The notes below the pieces were generated by a model that had not been told where the DNA came from, made no database searches, and worked only from the letters and a program-made list of their open reading frames with translations. Shown here one piece after another: positions 28,570 through 38,991 of a stretch of DNA of 64,000 nt. Origin of the DNA: Escherichia coli (GTDB taxonomy: Bacteria > Pseudomonadota > Gammaproteobacteria > Enterobacterales > Enterobacteriaceae). The translations under genes and the position numbers were made by a program. The stretch lies in NCBI RefSeq assembly GCF_024223415.1, contig NZ_CP100500.1; one strand, 5' to 3'. Every line of letters starts with the position of its first letter. The stretch's first letter is position 1.

Positions 28570-29832
28570 ATGGCACTGACTGACGCAAAAATCCGGGCTG
28601 CAAAGCACACTGACAAGGCTTATAAACTCACTGACGGGGCTGGCATGTTCCTGCTGGTACATCCTAATGGTTCCCGTTACTGGCGTCTCCGTTATCGCAT
28701 TCTGGGTAAGGAGAAAACTCTGGCACTTGGTGTATACCCGGAGGTTTCTCTCTCCGAAGCTCGTACAAAACGGGATGAGGCCCGAAAACTGATTTCGGAG
28801 GGGATTGACCCTTGCGAACAGAAAAGAGCTAAAAAAGTAGTCCCTGATTTACAACTCTCTTTTGAACATATTGCACGACGCTGGCATGCCAGTAATAAAC
28901 AATGGGCACAATCACACAGCGATAAGGTACTCAAAAGCCTCGAAACACACGTTTTCCCCTTTATCGGCAACCGGAACATCACAACACTCAATACCCCGGA
29001 CCTGCTTATCCCTGTTCGTGCTGCAGAAGCTAAACAAATTTATGAAATCGCCAGTCGTCTGCAGCAAAGAATATCTGCTGTAATGCGTTATGCCGTACAG
29101 TCTGGCATCATCAGATATAATCCTGCTCTGGATATGGCTGGCGCATTGACTACGGTAAAACGCCAGCATCGCCCCGCTCTTGATCTTTCTCGCCTGCCTG
29201 AACTTTTGTCGCGTATTGGCAGTTACAAGGGGCAACCTGTCACCCAGCTTGCCGTTATGCTGAATTTACTGGTTTTTATTCGTTCCAGTGAACTCAGATA
29301 CGCCCGCTGGTCTGAAATTGATATTGACAATGCCATGTGGACTATTCCAGCCGAACGCGAACCCCTGCCAGGCGTAAAATTCTCACACCGGGGCTCCAAG
29401 ATGCGAACACCACATCTTGTGCCACTCAGCAAACAGGCTGTAGCCATACTGACAGAACTACAGACATGGGCTGGTGAAAATGGTCTGATCTTTACGGGAG
29501 CACATGACCCGCGTAAACCAATCAGTGAAAATACTGTAAATAAAGCCCTGAGGGTGATGGGGTATGACACAACCCAGGATGTCTGTGGCCATGGATTCCG
29601 GGCGATGGCGTGCAGTGCATTGATTGAATCAGGTTTGTGGTCCCGCGATGCTGTGGAACGTCAGATGAGCCATCAGGAGCGTAATGGTGTACGTGCTGCG
29701 TATATCCATAAAGCAGAACATCTGGAAGAACGTCGACTGATGCTACAGTGGTGGGCAGATTTTCTGGATGCGAACAGAGATAAGGGTATCAGCCCGTTTG
29801 AATATGCAAAGATTAACAATCCATTAAAATAG
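28570..29832 (+). CDS. int: P4-type tyrosine integrase (island integrase)
   Basis: 420 aa; N-terminal MALTDAKIRAAK...YWRLRYR typical of P4-like integrases; C-terminal catalytic region with R...HGFR...Y; first gene 3' of tRNA-Phe. Confidence 0.9.
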   Translation: MALTDAKIRAAKHTDKAYKLTDGAGMFLLVHPNGSRYWRLRYRILGKEKTLALGVYPEVSLSEARTKRDEARKLISEGIDPCEQKRAKKVVPDLQLSFEHIARRWHASNKQWAQSHSDKVLKSLETHVFPFIGNRNITTLNTPDLLIPVRAAEAKQIYEIASRLQQRISAVMRYAVQSGIIRYNPALDMAGALTTVKRQHRPALDLSRLPELLSRIGSYKGQPVTQLAVMLNLLVFIRSSELRYARWSEIDIDNAMWTIPAEREPLPGVKFSHRGSKMRTPHLVPLSKQAVAILTELQTWAGENGLIFTGAHDPRKPISENTVNKALRVMGYDTTQDVCGHGFRAMACSALIESGLWSRDAVERQMSHQERNGVRAAYIHKAEHLEERRLMLQWWADFLDANRDKGISPFEYAKINNPLK

Positions 29833-30097
29833 TAAGCAGTCCGGGCTGATTGCCCGGACTGCTTTAACTGATTATTTTTCTTTGTAAATGATGACGAAGA
29901 TTGATGTTCTGGCAAGTTACTCCGGCTTCCATTAAAGTCCCTTCGTCATGTTCTTCAGGCTATTTATGACTGTGATTAGCACCAGGAATATCTGGTTTCC
30001 ATGAGAGCAGGTAATAACCCCCGGTGTTTTCGGCTGTTCTGGTATCCTTGTCCAACACAGGCAGTCATTATAAACGGTAAAAAATGTGGATTTGCCC

Positions 30098-31003
30098 CTA
30101 TATTTCCAGACATCTGTTATCACTTAACCCATTACAGGCCCGCTGCCGCAGATATTCCCGTGGCGAGCGATAACCCAACGCACTATGCGGATGCCATTCG
30201 TTATAATGCTCGAACGCCTCTGCAAGGTTCTTTGCTGCCGTTAACCCGTCTGGTTTGGGCATGACACTGATGTAGTCACGCTTTATCGTTTTCACGAAGC
30301 TCTCTGCTATGCCGTTACTCTCCGGACTCCGCACCGCCGTGTTCTTCGGTTCAAGCCCCAACATCCGGGCAAACTGCCGTGTTTCATTAGCCCGGTAGCA
30401 TGAACCATTATCCGTCAGCCACTCTACTGGAGACGCCGGAAGCTCGTTGCCGAAGCGGCGTTCCACCGCTCCTGGCATGACGTCCTGTACTGTTTCACTG
30501 TTGAAGCCGCCCGTAGTGACCGCCCAGTGCAGTGCCTCACGGTCACAGCAGTCCAGCGCGAACGTGACTCGCAGTTTTTCTCCGTTATCACAGCGGAACT
30601 CGAACCCGTCAGAGCACCATCGCTGATTACTTTCTTTCACAGCCACTCTGCCGGTATGTGCCCGTTTCGATGGCGGTACAGCGGTTTTTCGCTCAAGCAA
30701 CAGCGCATTCTGGCGCATGATCCGGTAAATACGTTTGGCATTGATCGCAGGCATACCATCAAGTTCTGTTTGTCTGCGAAGCAGCGCCCATACCCGACAA
30801 TAACCATATGTGGGTAGCTCTCCGATAACATGGTGTATACGGCGAAGCACATCCGTATCATCCGTGTGACGGCTGCGGCGGCCGTCCTTCCAGTCATCGG
30901 CTCGTCTGAGAATGACGTGCAACTGCGCACGCGACACCCGGAGACAACGGCTGACGAAGCTTACTCCCCATCCCCGGGCAATAAGGGCGCGTGCGCTATC
31001 CAC
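30098..31003 (-). CDS. insD: IS2 transposase InsD (OrfB)
   Basis: 301 aa, near-identical to recalled IS2 InsD ([34 protein letters not shown]...). Confidence 0.92.
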
Positions 31004-31326
31004 TTTTTTGCTCGCCCATATTCAACGGCTTCTTTAAGGAGTTCATTTTCCATCGTTTTTTTGCCGAGCAGACGCTGGAGTTCTTTAATCTGCTTCATGG
31101 CGGCAGCAAGTTCAGAGGCAGGAACGACCTGTTCTCCGGCAGCCACAGCAGTAAGACTTCCCTCCTGGTATTGCTTACGCCAGAGAAATAGCTGGCTGGC
31201 TGCCACACCATGTTGCCGGGCAACAAGGGAGACCGTCATTCCCGGTTCAAAGCTCTGCTGAACGATAGCGATCTTTTCCTGTGTAGTACGCCGTCTGCGT
31301 TTCTCCGGCCCTAAGACATCAATCAT
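30961..31326 (-). CDS. insC: IS2 InsC (OrfA, HTH regulator)
   Basis: ORF trimmed to Met ([26 protein letters not shown]...), 121 aa; overlaps insD as expected for frameshift fusion. Confidence 0.9.
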
Positions 31327-31543
31327 CTGTTCTCCAATGACTAGTCTAAAAACTAGTATTAAGACTATCACTTATTTAAGTGATATTGGTTGTCTGGAGA
31401 TTCAGGGGGCCAGTCTAAAATGTATTCACTGTTATGAAATCAATAGTTCTGACGTACTGTTGAATGTGCTTGCGTTCTGAACCTTGTACAACCAGTACAT
31501 TTGATACCGAATTATAAACAAAACATTGCATCCAACTTTTTCA

Positions 31544-31566
31544 ATATGGACAATAGTTGTCCATAT
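31544..31566. promoter_or_regulatory. Perfect 10-3-10 palindrome (operator-like) in leader of helicase-nuclease gene
   Basis: atatggacaa-tag-ttgtccatat, perfect inverted repeat 54 bp upstream of the ATG at 31620. Confidence 0.4.
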
Positions 31567-31619
31567 GGTGGTTTTATATTCGATAAATCAATGGATTTCA
31601 TTGAGTCATAGGACTGGTA

Positions 31620-34600
31620 ATGGATGAAAATGCTTTAGGGTTTGCCTCATACTGGCGCAACTCGCTTGCGGATGCTGAGTCAGGAAAGGGCAGTTTTGAA
31701 CGGAAAGACGCCAAAAATTTCACTCATTGGCATGGGATAGCGGCGGGACGTCTTGACGAAGCGATTGTCAGTAAATTTTTTAAGGGAGAAAAAGACGATG
31801 TCGAAACGGTCGATGTCATCTTGCGCCCAAAAGTTTATTTCCGGTTACTGCAGCATGGTAAGGACCGTTCTGCAGGTGCGCCTGATATTGTTACCCCGAT
31901 AGTGACGCCAGCCTTGCTAAGCCGTGAGGGTTTTTTATATCCGACGCCAGCGACCTCCATTCCCAGAGACCTGCTTGAACCTTTGCCAAAAGGAGCATTT
32001 TCGATTGGTGAGATTGGGCAGTATGACAAATACAAGACGACCCATACCACGTTCTCTATCAACTTTGATGACAGCGTTGATAAGACTGCCGAAACGCATG
32101 AAGAACGGGAAGCACGATATGCCGCCTTGCAGCAGGAGTGGCGTCAATATCTGTATGACTCAGAGAGGCTACTGAAGAGCGTTGCCAGCGACTGGATTGA
32201 AAAACCTGAGCAATATGAACTCGCTGAGCACGGTTATATTGTTAAAACGGCGCAATCTGGCGGTGCCAGTTTCCATATCCTTTCTCTTTATGATCACCTG
32301 CTTGTTTGCAATAAGGATGTGCCGCTCTTCAATCGATTCGCCTCGCGAGAGGTTCATGCTGCAGAGTCTTTGCTGGCCCCTGGAGCAAAATTCAGCGACA
32401 GGCTTGGACACTCCGGAGATAAGTTTCCGCTGGCAAAGGCTCAGCGCGATGCCTTAAGCCATTTTCTGGATGCTAAACATGGCGATATCCTTGCTGTTAA
32501 TGGCCCTCCTGGAACCGGAAAAACCACGCTGGTGCTTTCTATCATCGCCACGCAGTGGGCCAGAGCGGCTCTCGAAAAATCTGAGCCTCCGGTTATTATC
32601 GCGACTTCAACGAATAACCAGGCTGTAACGAACATTATTGAGGCATTCGGGAAAGACTTTTCGCAAGGTTCAGGTGCGATGGCCGGGCGATGGTTGCCAG
32701 AGCTGAAAAGCTTCGGCGCTTATTTTCCCTCAAGCAGCCGTAAAGCTGAAGCAGCCAAAAAATATCAAACTGAAGATTTCTTCAACCAGGTTGAGTCAAA
32801 AGAGTATGTAGAAGATGCACTGCTGTTTTATCTGGAAAAGGCTAAGGCAGCCTTTCCTGAAAAAGAGTGTTCATCCCCTGAAAAGGTCATTGAACTCCTG
32901 CATGGTCAGTTGGCAGCAAAATCCGAGCAACTGATAAGACTGAACGCAACATGGCAAACGTTAAGCCAGATTCGGGCTGCGCGTGAGCTTATTGCTAATG
33001 ATATTGAGCAATATCTCAATAATTTAAATAAATTACTTTCCGGACAAGAACAAAAAATCACTCTACTGAAGAGTGCTAAAACGGAATGGAAAAAATATCG
33101 CGCCGGTGAATCACTGATCTATTCATTATTTTCCTGGCTTCCGGCGGTTCGCAGTAAGCGACAGTACCAAATACAGCTGTTTCTCGAAGATAAATTAGGT
33201 GCGCTGATTGCAGGAAATCAATGGTCTGATCCTGAAACTATCGAAAGTAATATTGATGGGCTGCTCAATTCCGCTGAGCGCGAGCAAACAACATACCGGC
33301 AGCAGATTGACTCCGCCCATGAAATCATTCTTAAAGAACAGCAGGCGGTTCAGGAGTGGCAGAGACTGGCTCTTGATTTAGGGTATGAGGGCGACGAGGA
33401 ACTGAGCTTCTCACAGGCCGATGAACTGGCTGATACGCAGATTCGCTTCCCTGCATTTTTACTGACGACTCACTACTGGGAAGGTCGTTGGCTGATGGAT
33501 ATGGCCAGCATTGATGATCTGCAGGAAGAGAAGAAGAAAAAAGGCGCTAAAGGGGTAACCGCCCGTTGGCAACGTCGAATGAAACTCACTCCATGTGTGG
33601 TGATGACATGCTATATGCTGCCCGGCAATATGCAGATAAGTGAGCACAAAGGACAGCGTAAATTCGAGAAAAGTTATTTGTATGATTTTGCCGATTTACT
33701 CATTGTCGATGAAGCCGGGCAGGTGCTTCCTGAAGTGGCTGCTGCCTCGTTTGCATTAGCTAAGAAGGCATTAGTGATTGGCGATACGGAGCAGATCCCG
33801 CCAATATGGAGTATTGCTCCTGCGATTGATATCGGTAACATGCTGGCGGAAAAAATTCTGTCTGGCAGTACGCAAGAAGAGATTACCGAGAAATATACGG
33901 CAATCGCAGACCTTGGTAAAAGTGCCGCATCTGGCAGCGTTATGAAAATAGCGCAGTTTGCTTCGCGCTATCAATATGATCCCGAACTGGCTCGTGGTAT
34001 GTACCTATATGAACACCGCCGGTGCTACGACAATATTATTGGATACTGTAATACGCTCTGCTATCACGGTAAGTTGTTGCCTAAAAGAGGGCGTGAAGAG
34101 AGCAATTTAATGCCCGCAATGGGGTATCTCCATATTGATGGTAAAGGAGAGCTGGCAAGTAGTGGAAGTCGATATAATTTGCTTGAGGCTGAAACGATAG
34201 CGGTCTGGTTGGCAGAGAACCAGCAAAATATTGAAGCGCATTACGGTAAATCGCTTCATGAAGTTGTCGGTATTGTGACGCCTTTTAGCGCTCAGGTATC
34301 CACTATCAAACAGGTGCTGGGCAAACAAGGTATCAGTACAGGCACGAATGAAAAGTCGCTCACAGTGGGCACCGTGCACTCTCTTCAGGGAGCGGAAAGA
34401 GCGATTGTGATATTCTCGCCAGTCTATTCAAAACATGAAGACGGCGGGTTTATTGATAGCGATAACAGCATGCTGAATGTTGCAGTCTCCCGTGCGAAGG
34501 ACAGTTTTCTGGTCTTCGGCGATATGGACCTGTTTGAGGTCCAGCCAGCCTCATCGCCACGGGGATTACTGGCAAAATACCTCTTTGAGTCAGAGAAGAA

Positions 34601-35135
34601 TGCGCTCTCTTTTGATTATAAAGAGCGTAAGGATTTAAAAACCGCCGGGACCAAAATCTACACACTTCATGGTGTGGAGCAACATGATAATTTCCTGAAT
34701 CAGACATTTGAAAATACCAGTAAACACATCACGATAGTTTCTCCATGGCTGACCTGGCAAAGGCTGGAGCAAACCGGTTTTCTTGATTCCATGATTGCGG
34801 CGTGTTCACGTGGAATTAACGTCACGATAGTCACTGACAGAAGCTACAACACTGAACATAATGATTTTGAGAAGCGAAAAGAGAAGCAGCAGAACTTTAA
34901 AGCGGCGCTGGAGAAACTGAATGCGCTGGGTATTGCTACAAAGCTGGTAAACCGTGTTCATAGCAAAATTGTTATTGGTGATGATGGTTTGCTGTGCGTG
35001 GGATCGTTCAACTGGTTTAGTGCGACACGGGAAGCGCGATATGAACGATACGATACATCAATGGTTTATTGCGGTGATAACCTGAAGGGTGAGATTGAGG
35101 CTATTTATAATAGTCTTGAGAGGCGGCAGGTTTAG
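31620..35135 (+). CDS. Superfamily-1 (Upf1/DNA2-like) helicase fused to C-terminal PLD-family (HKD) nuclease domain; candidate single-gene defence protein
   Basis: 1171 aa. Walker [10 protein letters not shown] (nt 32502-32528, aa 295-303); Walker B/motif II DEAGQ (nt 33708-33722, aa 697-701); SF1 motifs [18 protein letters not shown] and [16 protein letters not shown]; C-terminal HSKIVIGDD...GSFNWF = HxK(x4)D(x6)GSxN PLD signature (nt 34959-35030). About 290-aa N-terminal region and about 390-aa insert between Walker A and B have no motif I recognise. Confidence 0.75.
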   Translation: MDENALGFASYWRNSLADAESGKGSFERKDAKNFTHWHGIAAGRLDEAIVSKFFKGEKDDVETVDVILRPKVYFRLLQHGKDRSAGAPDIVTPIVTPALLSREGFLYPTPATSIPRDLLEPLPKGAFSIGEIGQYDKYKTTHTTFSINFDDSVDKTAETHEEREARYAALQQEWRQYLYDSERLLKSVASDWIEKPEQYELAEHGYIVKTAQSGGASFHILSLYDHLLVCNKDVPLFNRFASREVHAAESLLAPGAKFSDRLGHSGDKFPLAKAQRDALSHFLDAKHGDILAVNGPPGTGKTTLVLSIIATQWARAALEKSEPPVIIATSTNNQAVTNIIEAFGKDFSQGSGAMAGRWLPELKSFGAYFPSSSRKAEAAKKYQTEDFFNQVESKEYVEDALLFYLEKAKAAFPEKECSSPEKVIELLHGQLAAKSEQLIRLNATWQTLSQIRAARELIANDIEQYLNNLNKLLSGQEQKITLLKSAKTEWKKYRAGESLIYSLFSWLPAVRSKRQYQIQLFLEDKLGALIAGNQWSDPETIESNIDGLLNSAEREQTTYRQQIDSAHEIILKEQQAVQEWQRLALDLGYEGDEELSFSQADELADTQIRFPAFLLTTHYWEGRWLMDMASIDDLQEEKKKKGAKGVTARWQRRMKLTPCVVMTCYMLPGNMQISEHKGQRKFEKSYLYDFADLLIVDEAGQVLPEVAAASFALAKKALVIGDTEQIPPIWSIAPAIDIGNMLAEKILSGSTQEEITEKYTAIADLGKSAASGSVMKIAQFASRYQYDPELARGMYLYEHRRCYDNIIGYCNTLCYHGKLLPKRGREESNLMPAMGYLHIDGKGELASSGSRYNLLEAETIAVWLAENQQNIEAHYGKSLHEVVGIVTPFSAQVSTIKQVLGKQGISTGTNEKSLTVGTVHSLQGAERAIVIFSPVYSKHEDGGFIDSDNSMLNVAVSRAKDSFLVFGDMDLFEVQPASSPRGLLAKYLFESEKNALSFDYKERKDLKTAGTKIYTLHGVEQHDNFLNQTFENTSKHITIVSPWLTWQRLEQTGFLDSMIAACSRGINVTIVTDRSYNTEHNDFEKRKEKQQNFKAALEKLNALGIATKLVNRVHSKIVIGDDGLLCVGSFNWFSATREARYERYDTSMVYCGDNLKGEIEAIYNSLERRQV

Positions 35136-35243
35136 AGCAGGAATGGTGAGTAGCCATCTTACCGATCGTTTTCGAGCGTAAGATGGCTGAATGGAATGGC
35201 TATTATTGCACAGTCCTTAATTATAACATTCATACCGACATGA

Positions 35244-36743
35244 TTATCTTCTGTCCGGAAGAATCAGAGGCTGTGGTTTCAGACTGTCTGCCGGTACATT
35301 CCTGTCTCCGTTAAAAACAATAACGGGTTCATTATCTTCGTCTGTCAGCGGATTGAATGGCGGTATATTTTCAGTACGAATGCCGGTCAGCCACTGAAAA
35401 ATACCTGCGAAATGACGGGCACTGATTTTTCTGCTGACGGACTGATGAGACGTGATGTCACTGGCGGTAATAATCAGGGGAACGCTGTAGCCTCCTTGTA
35501 TATGGCCATCATGATGAACAGGATTAGCACTGTCGCTGACCGACAGACCATGGTCAGAAAAGTAAAGCATGGCAAAATGACGGGAGTGCCGGCGAAGGAT
35601 ACCATCAAGCTGACCGAGAAAGTTATCCAGTTTACTGATGCTGGCGAGGTAACAGGCAATCTTTCGGGGATACTGCTCCAGGTAATGATTCGGCCAGGAG
35701 TTAAGTCGGTCACACGGATTCGGATGAGAGCCAATCATGTGCAGGAATATCACCTTCGGAGAGGATTTATCCGCCAGTGCACGTTCTGTTTCCTGTAACA
35801 ACAACATGTCATCCGTTTTACGGGAAGCAAAGCTGCCTTTCTTGAGGAAAACGGTATGCTCCGCATCAGAAGCAATAACAGAGATGCGTGTATCATGCTC
35901 CCCCAGTTTTCCCTGATTGGATATCCACCATGTGCTGTATCCTGCTTTTGCTGCCAGCGCCACCACGTTGTTGCCGGAGTCAGGGTTCTGCTCATAGTCA
36001 TAAATCAATGTCCGGCTCAGGGAAGGTACGGTACTGGCTGCTGCCGATGTATAGCCGTCAATAAATAAACCGGGAGCCGTATTCAGCCATGGTGTGGTTG
36101 GCACGGGATAGCCATATACCGACATATAATCCCTGCGCACACTCTCACCAGTAACGATAACAATCGTGTCATACAACGGTGTTCCCGGCAGGATTTTCCA
36201 GTTGTCAGCCCCGTGCTGACTCAGTTGTTTATAACGCTGCATTTCACGCAATGTGTCAGTTGTTCCCACAACAATTCCTTTAACCATCCGCAACGGCCAG
36301 CTGTTTACAGAGCATAATACGAACAGCAGCAGTGCCAGCCAGTTACGGTGACCGCGGTGGTGTGTCCGCCAGAAAATCACCATGAATACCAGAATCGCGG
36401 CACTGACCAGAAAATGATAAACAGGAATCATCCCGGTAAACTCTGCAGCCTCATCAGCCGTGGTCTGCAGCAACGCGACAATAAAACTGTTGTTGATTTT
36501 ACCGTACGTCATACCCGCAGGCGCATACAGTGCACAACAGAACAGAAATAACAGCGTTGTAATGGATGTGAGGGTATTTCTGTGTGCAAGGAGCAGAAGG
36601 AGAAACAGAAGCAGCACATTTCCTGTGGCATTCTTCTCAGTGTATCCGCATGCAATTGTGATTATCACAGAAATAACAAAAAAGAATAAAAACAATAAAA
36701 TCCGGGGTGTGTCGCCCGGACAAAACAGTTTTCTGATATTCAT
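35244..36743 (-). CDS. Sulfatase-family inner-membrane protein, probable phosphoethanolamine transferase (YhbX/YbiP/OpgE-like)
   Basis: 499 aa; N-terminal multi-TM region then periplasmic domain with alkaline-phosphatase-superfamily motifs (VTGESVRRDY, HMIGSHPNPCD, YFSDHG); AT-rich flanks. Confidence 0.6.
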   Translation of the reverse strand: MNIRKLFCPGDTPRILLFLFFFVISVIITIACGYTEKNATGNVLLLFLLLLLAHRNTLTSITTLLFLFCCALYAPAGMTYGKINNSFIVALLQTTADEAAEFTGMIPVYHFLVSAAILVFMVIFWRTHHRGHRNWLALLLFVLCSVNSWPLRMVKGIVVGTTDTLREMQRYKQLSQHGADNWKILPGTPLYDTIVIVTGESVRRDYMSVYGYPVPTTPWLNTAPGLFIDGYTSAAASTVPSLSRTLIYDYEQNPDSGNNVVALAAKAGYSTWWISNQGKLGEHDTRISVIASDAEHTVFLKKGSFASRKTDDMLLLQETERALADKSSPKVIFLHMIGSHPNPCDRLNSWPNHYLEQYPRKIACYLASISKLDNFLGQLDGILRRHSRHFAMLYFSDHGLSVSDSANPVHHDGHIQGGYSVPLIITASDITSHQSVSRKISARHFAGIFQWLTGIRTENIPPFNPLTDEDNEPVIVFNGDRNVPADSLKPQPLILPDRR

Positions 36744-36924
36744 CGGAGTATATCGACAACATTATTATGAAGAGAACAGGATAATAAAAATCAGAAATTA
36801 TCTGTAAAACAGATAACAGACAACCCTGCAGCAATAGACTGCAGGGTGTTTCTGTTTAATTGCAGAAGATATACAATTATATTAATTACAGAATATTCGT
36901 GATTATCTCTCAGGAACAGTGTTG

Positions 36925-37665
36925 TCAGAAGTTATAAGTCACACCAAGCATGATGTCATGACTTTTAACATCAACTTCTGACTTATATTTATCGCCCCAC
37001 TCGTCCTTGTAACTCACACTGCTGTCACCTGCATCAAGATAGCGATAGCTGAGGTCCAGAGCGATATCCGGGGTTACGTCATAGCGGACACCCGCGCCAA
37101 GGTTCCATGCGAAGTTGTCAGCAGAGCCTGAACGTGACAACGATTCGCGACCACTGCTTCCGTACTCATAATCCCAGGTACTGATACCGGTTGTTTTCTG
37201 GTGAATTCTGGCGTAGCCAATCCCTGCAGATATCCAAGGTGTGAATGCGCTGTCATTCCGGAAGTCATAGTACGCATTCAGCATTAGTGTGTTGACTGAC
37301 ACCTCATTCTTCAGGTCATCACGCCAGTAACCACCTGACCAACTGTCTTTATCTACGTTATACTTCGAATCAGCTTTTCCACGAGCGTAAAACTCCAGTT
37401 CTGTACGAACCGGAATACTGAACTGCGGATAAAAATCATAACCAGCCGCGATACCACCACTGAATACCGTATCATGGTCATCGCCGCCTTTATACTTTGA
37501 CGTTTCTTCCTCATCTCCTGACAGGAAACGCTGGTCTGAAAGTGACACCACAGAGGTACCGGCTTTACCGGTCAGATAAAAACCGCTTTTACCTTCCTCA
37601 GCACCTGCATTTGCTGCAAATACACAGGCTGCGGCCACCACTGAAACAGCAAAAACCTTTTTCAT
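36925..37665 (-). CDS. Outer-membrane beta-barrel protein, MipA/OmpV-like
   Basis: 246 aa; signal peptide MKKVFAVSVVAAACVFAANA, alternating amphipathic strands, C-terminal ...GVTYNF with terminal Phe; resembles MipA family but unverified. Confidence 0.5.
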   Translation of the reverse strand: MKKVFAVSVVAAACVFAANAGAEEGKSGFYLTGKAGTSVVSLSDQRFLSGDEEETSKYKGGDDHDTVFSGGIAAGYDFYPQFSIPVRTELEFYARGKADSKYNVDKDSWSGGYWRDDLKNEVSVNTLMLNAYYDFRNDSAFTPWISAGIGYARIHQKTTGISTWDYEYGSSGRESLSRSGSADNFAWNLGAGVRYDVTPDIALDLSYRYLDAGDSSVSYKDEWGDKYKSEVDVKSHDIMLGVTYNF

Positions 37666-37741
37666 TTCAATTATCTCCGTTATTGCTCCGTTGCTGCAAG
37701 CAGTACTCAGTGCATTTTAAAACCCGCCATGCGATAGCCTC

Positions 37742-37782
37742 AATCGAATAAAATCGATCGAATCGATCGATGATATCGATCG
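37742..37782. repeat. Short tandem/palindromic ATCGATCG repeat tract
   Basis: caatcgaataaaatcgatcgaatcgatcgatgatatcgatcg: three or four copies of atcgatcg immediately upstream of the MipA-like gene. Confidence 0.6.
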
Positions 37783-38152
37783 TCATTAACCAGAAATTTT
37801 TATCGTATTCAGTCAGCACAGACACAACAAATGCATGCCATGCAGGCAGCCATGCCCCGTCGCGACAGATGGTAGCAGTGGGCTGGCGAAGAGCAGAATT
37901 AATAAAATTTGTTTATTCTGTCAGGAGATAAGGTGTCACCTGTTCATGAACACAATTAAGGAAGAGACATACATGAGCTGACTGGCAGTCCAGAGTGCAT
38001 GCGGTTACAAGCCGGAAAGGTGAACCGGTATAACCAGTGAGCAGAGTTTGTGAAGGGGGGATATAAAAAAGCCCACTGCATGGCAGCGGGTAAAGAGTCA
38101 GTTATTTCCGGCGTTTTTCAAGGTAGTTGTCGCCTGATGTAATAAAATTACG

Positions 38153-38524
38153 TTATGCCGCTTCTTTTTCTGGATTCAGATAAACTGCCTGAATGAGTTC
38201 CCAGTCACGCAACTGTTTGCTCCAGCGCTCAGGATGACGCTTGCGAGCTTCGCGATAAACTTTTTTTCTGGCTTCCAGTATTTGTGCATCAATTCCGCGA
38301 TGGCGTTCATCCGGAGTAACATACTTAATACCGCTGTGCTTGTGTTCCAGGTTGTACCATTGCGTGAACTTGCTTAACCAACTTCTGGCTTCATCTATGG
38401 TTCGAAAACCATTCTCCGGCCACCATGAACAATACTTAATCGTCCGGAAGAGCGATTCGGAATAAAGAAGTGTTACTGGCAGTTCTTTCATCGCATCAGT
38501 GAAAACCAGCAGGGCACTGCTCAC
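38153..38524 (-). pseudogene. Transposase C-terminal fragment (DDE integrase core, IS3/IS481-like)
   Basis: 123-aa ORF with ...WYNLEHKHSGIKYVTPDERHRG... typical of transposase C-termini; lacks N-terminal domain. Confidence 0.45.
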
Positions 38525-38942
38525 CAGAGCAACACAGGAAAGTGAACCCGAACAAAAGTTCCTGTACCATTTTCTCCCAGCAGACGTGAGGCTTGTTCCA
38601 GTGACTCTGGTATACGTCCCAGCCGGACATCAAGTGCGCCGATGGCTATTGCCTGAAATCGCATCGTACAGCAAATCACCAACAGGACACCGACAGACAT
38701 TAAAGGTAACCCCCTGTAATCCAGTAGTTCCGACAGCCAGCGGTCATTTAGGGAGTCAGAAAACCAATCGCCAGAATCGTGCCCGGAAAGGCATAACCCA
38801 GCGACGCCACTCTCATCACACCGCGCCTGAACAGTGGCATAGCGTTGAGGAATTCCGGGCATTCCAGACTACGAGCAGACTGACAAAAATTACGACAAAG
38901 CGTTGAAGGAAGCCAGCGCGCGGACTGACAGGACTTTACCAT
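38521..38942 (-). pseudogene. ABC-transporter permease fragment (ThiP/FbpB-like), frameshifted
   Basis: Two overlapping short ORFs containing permease-like segments LGYAFPGTILAIGFLTP and ...IPESLEQASRLLGENGTGTFVRVHFPVL; far too short for an intact permease. Confidence 0.35.
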
Positions 38943-38991
38943 AAAAACACAGGCTAACCGCGCCTGCGTTTTTAATGACGGATAAACAGAA

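Larger units (their letters stand above)
30087..31417 (-). mobile_element. IS2 insertion sequence (complete, 1331 bp) with 5-bp target-site duplication AAATG
   Basis: Ends tggatttgcccctatatttccagacatctgttatcacttaa and ttaagtgatagtc...gggggccagtcta match recalled IS2 terminal inverted repeats; direct repeat aaatg at 30082-30086 and 31418-31422. Confidence 0.9.

Noticed and set aside
30001-30817. Short plus-strand ORFs inside and abutting IS2
   Set aside because: Lie within or across the IS2 boundary antisense to insD; explained by the IS.
31486-31500. Possible LexA (SOS) box upstream of helicase-nuclease gene
   Set aside because: The dyad tgtac-N5-gtaca lacks the CTGT-N8-ACAG core of the LexA consensus; kept only as an unexplained dyad in the findings.
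35244-36743. Possibility that the sulfatase-family gene is an mcr/eptA-type colistin-resistance determinant
   Set aside because: It is shorter (499 aa) and I do not see the motifs I associate with EptA/MCR enzymes; the YhbX/OpgE-like group seems more likely, though unverified without a search.
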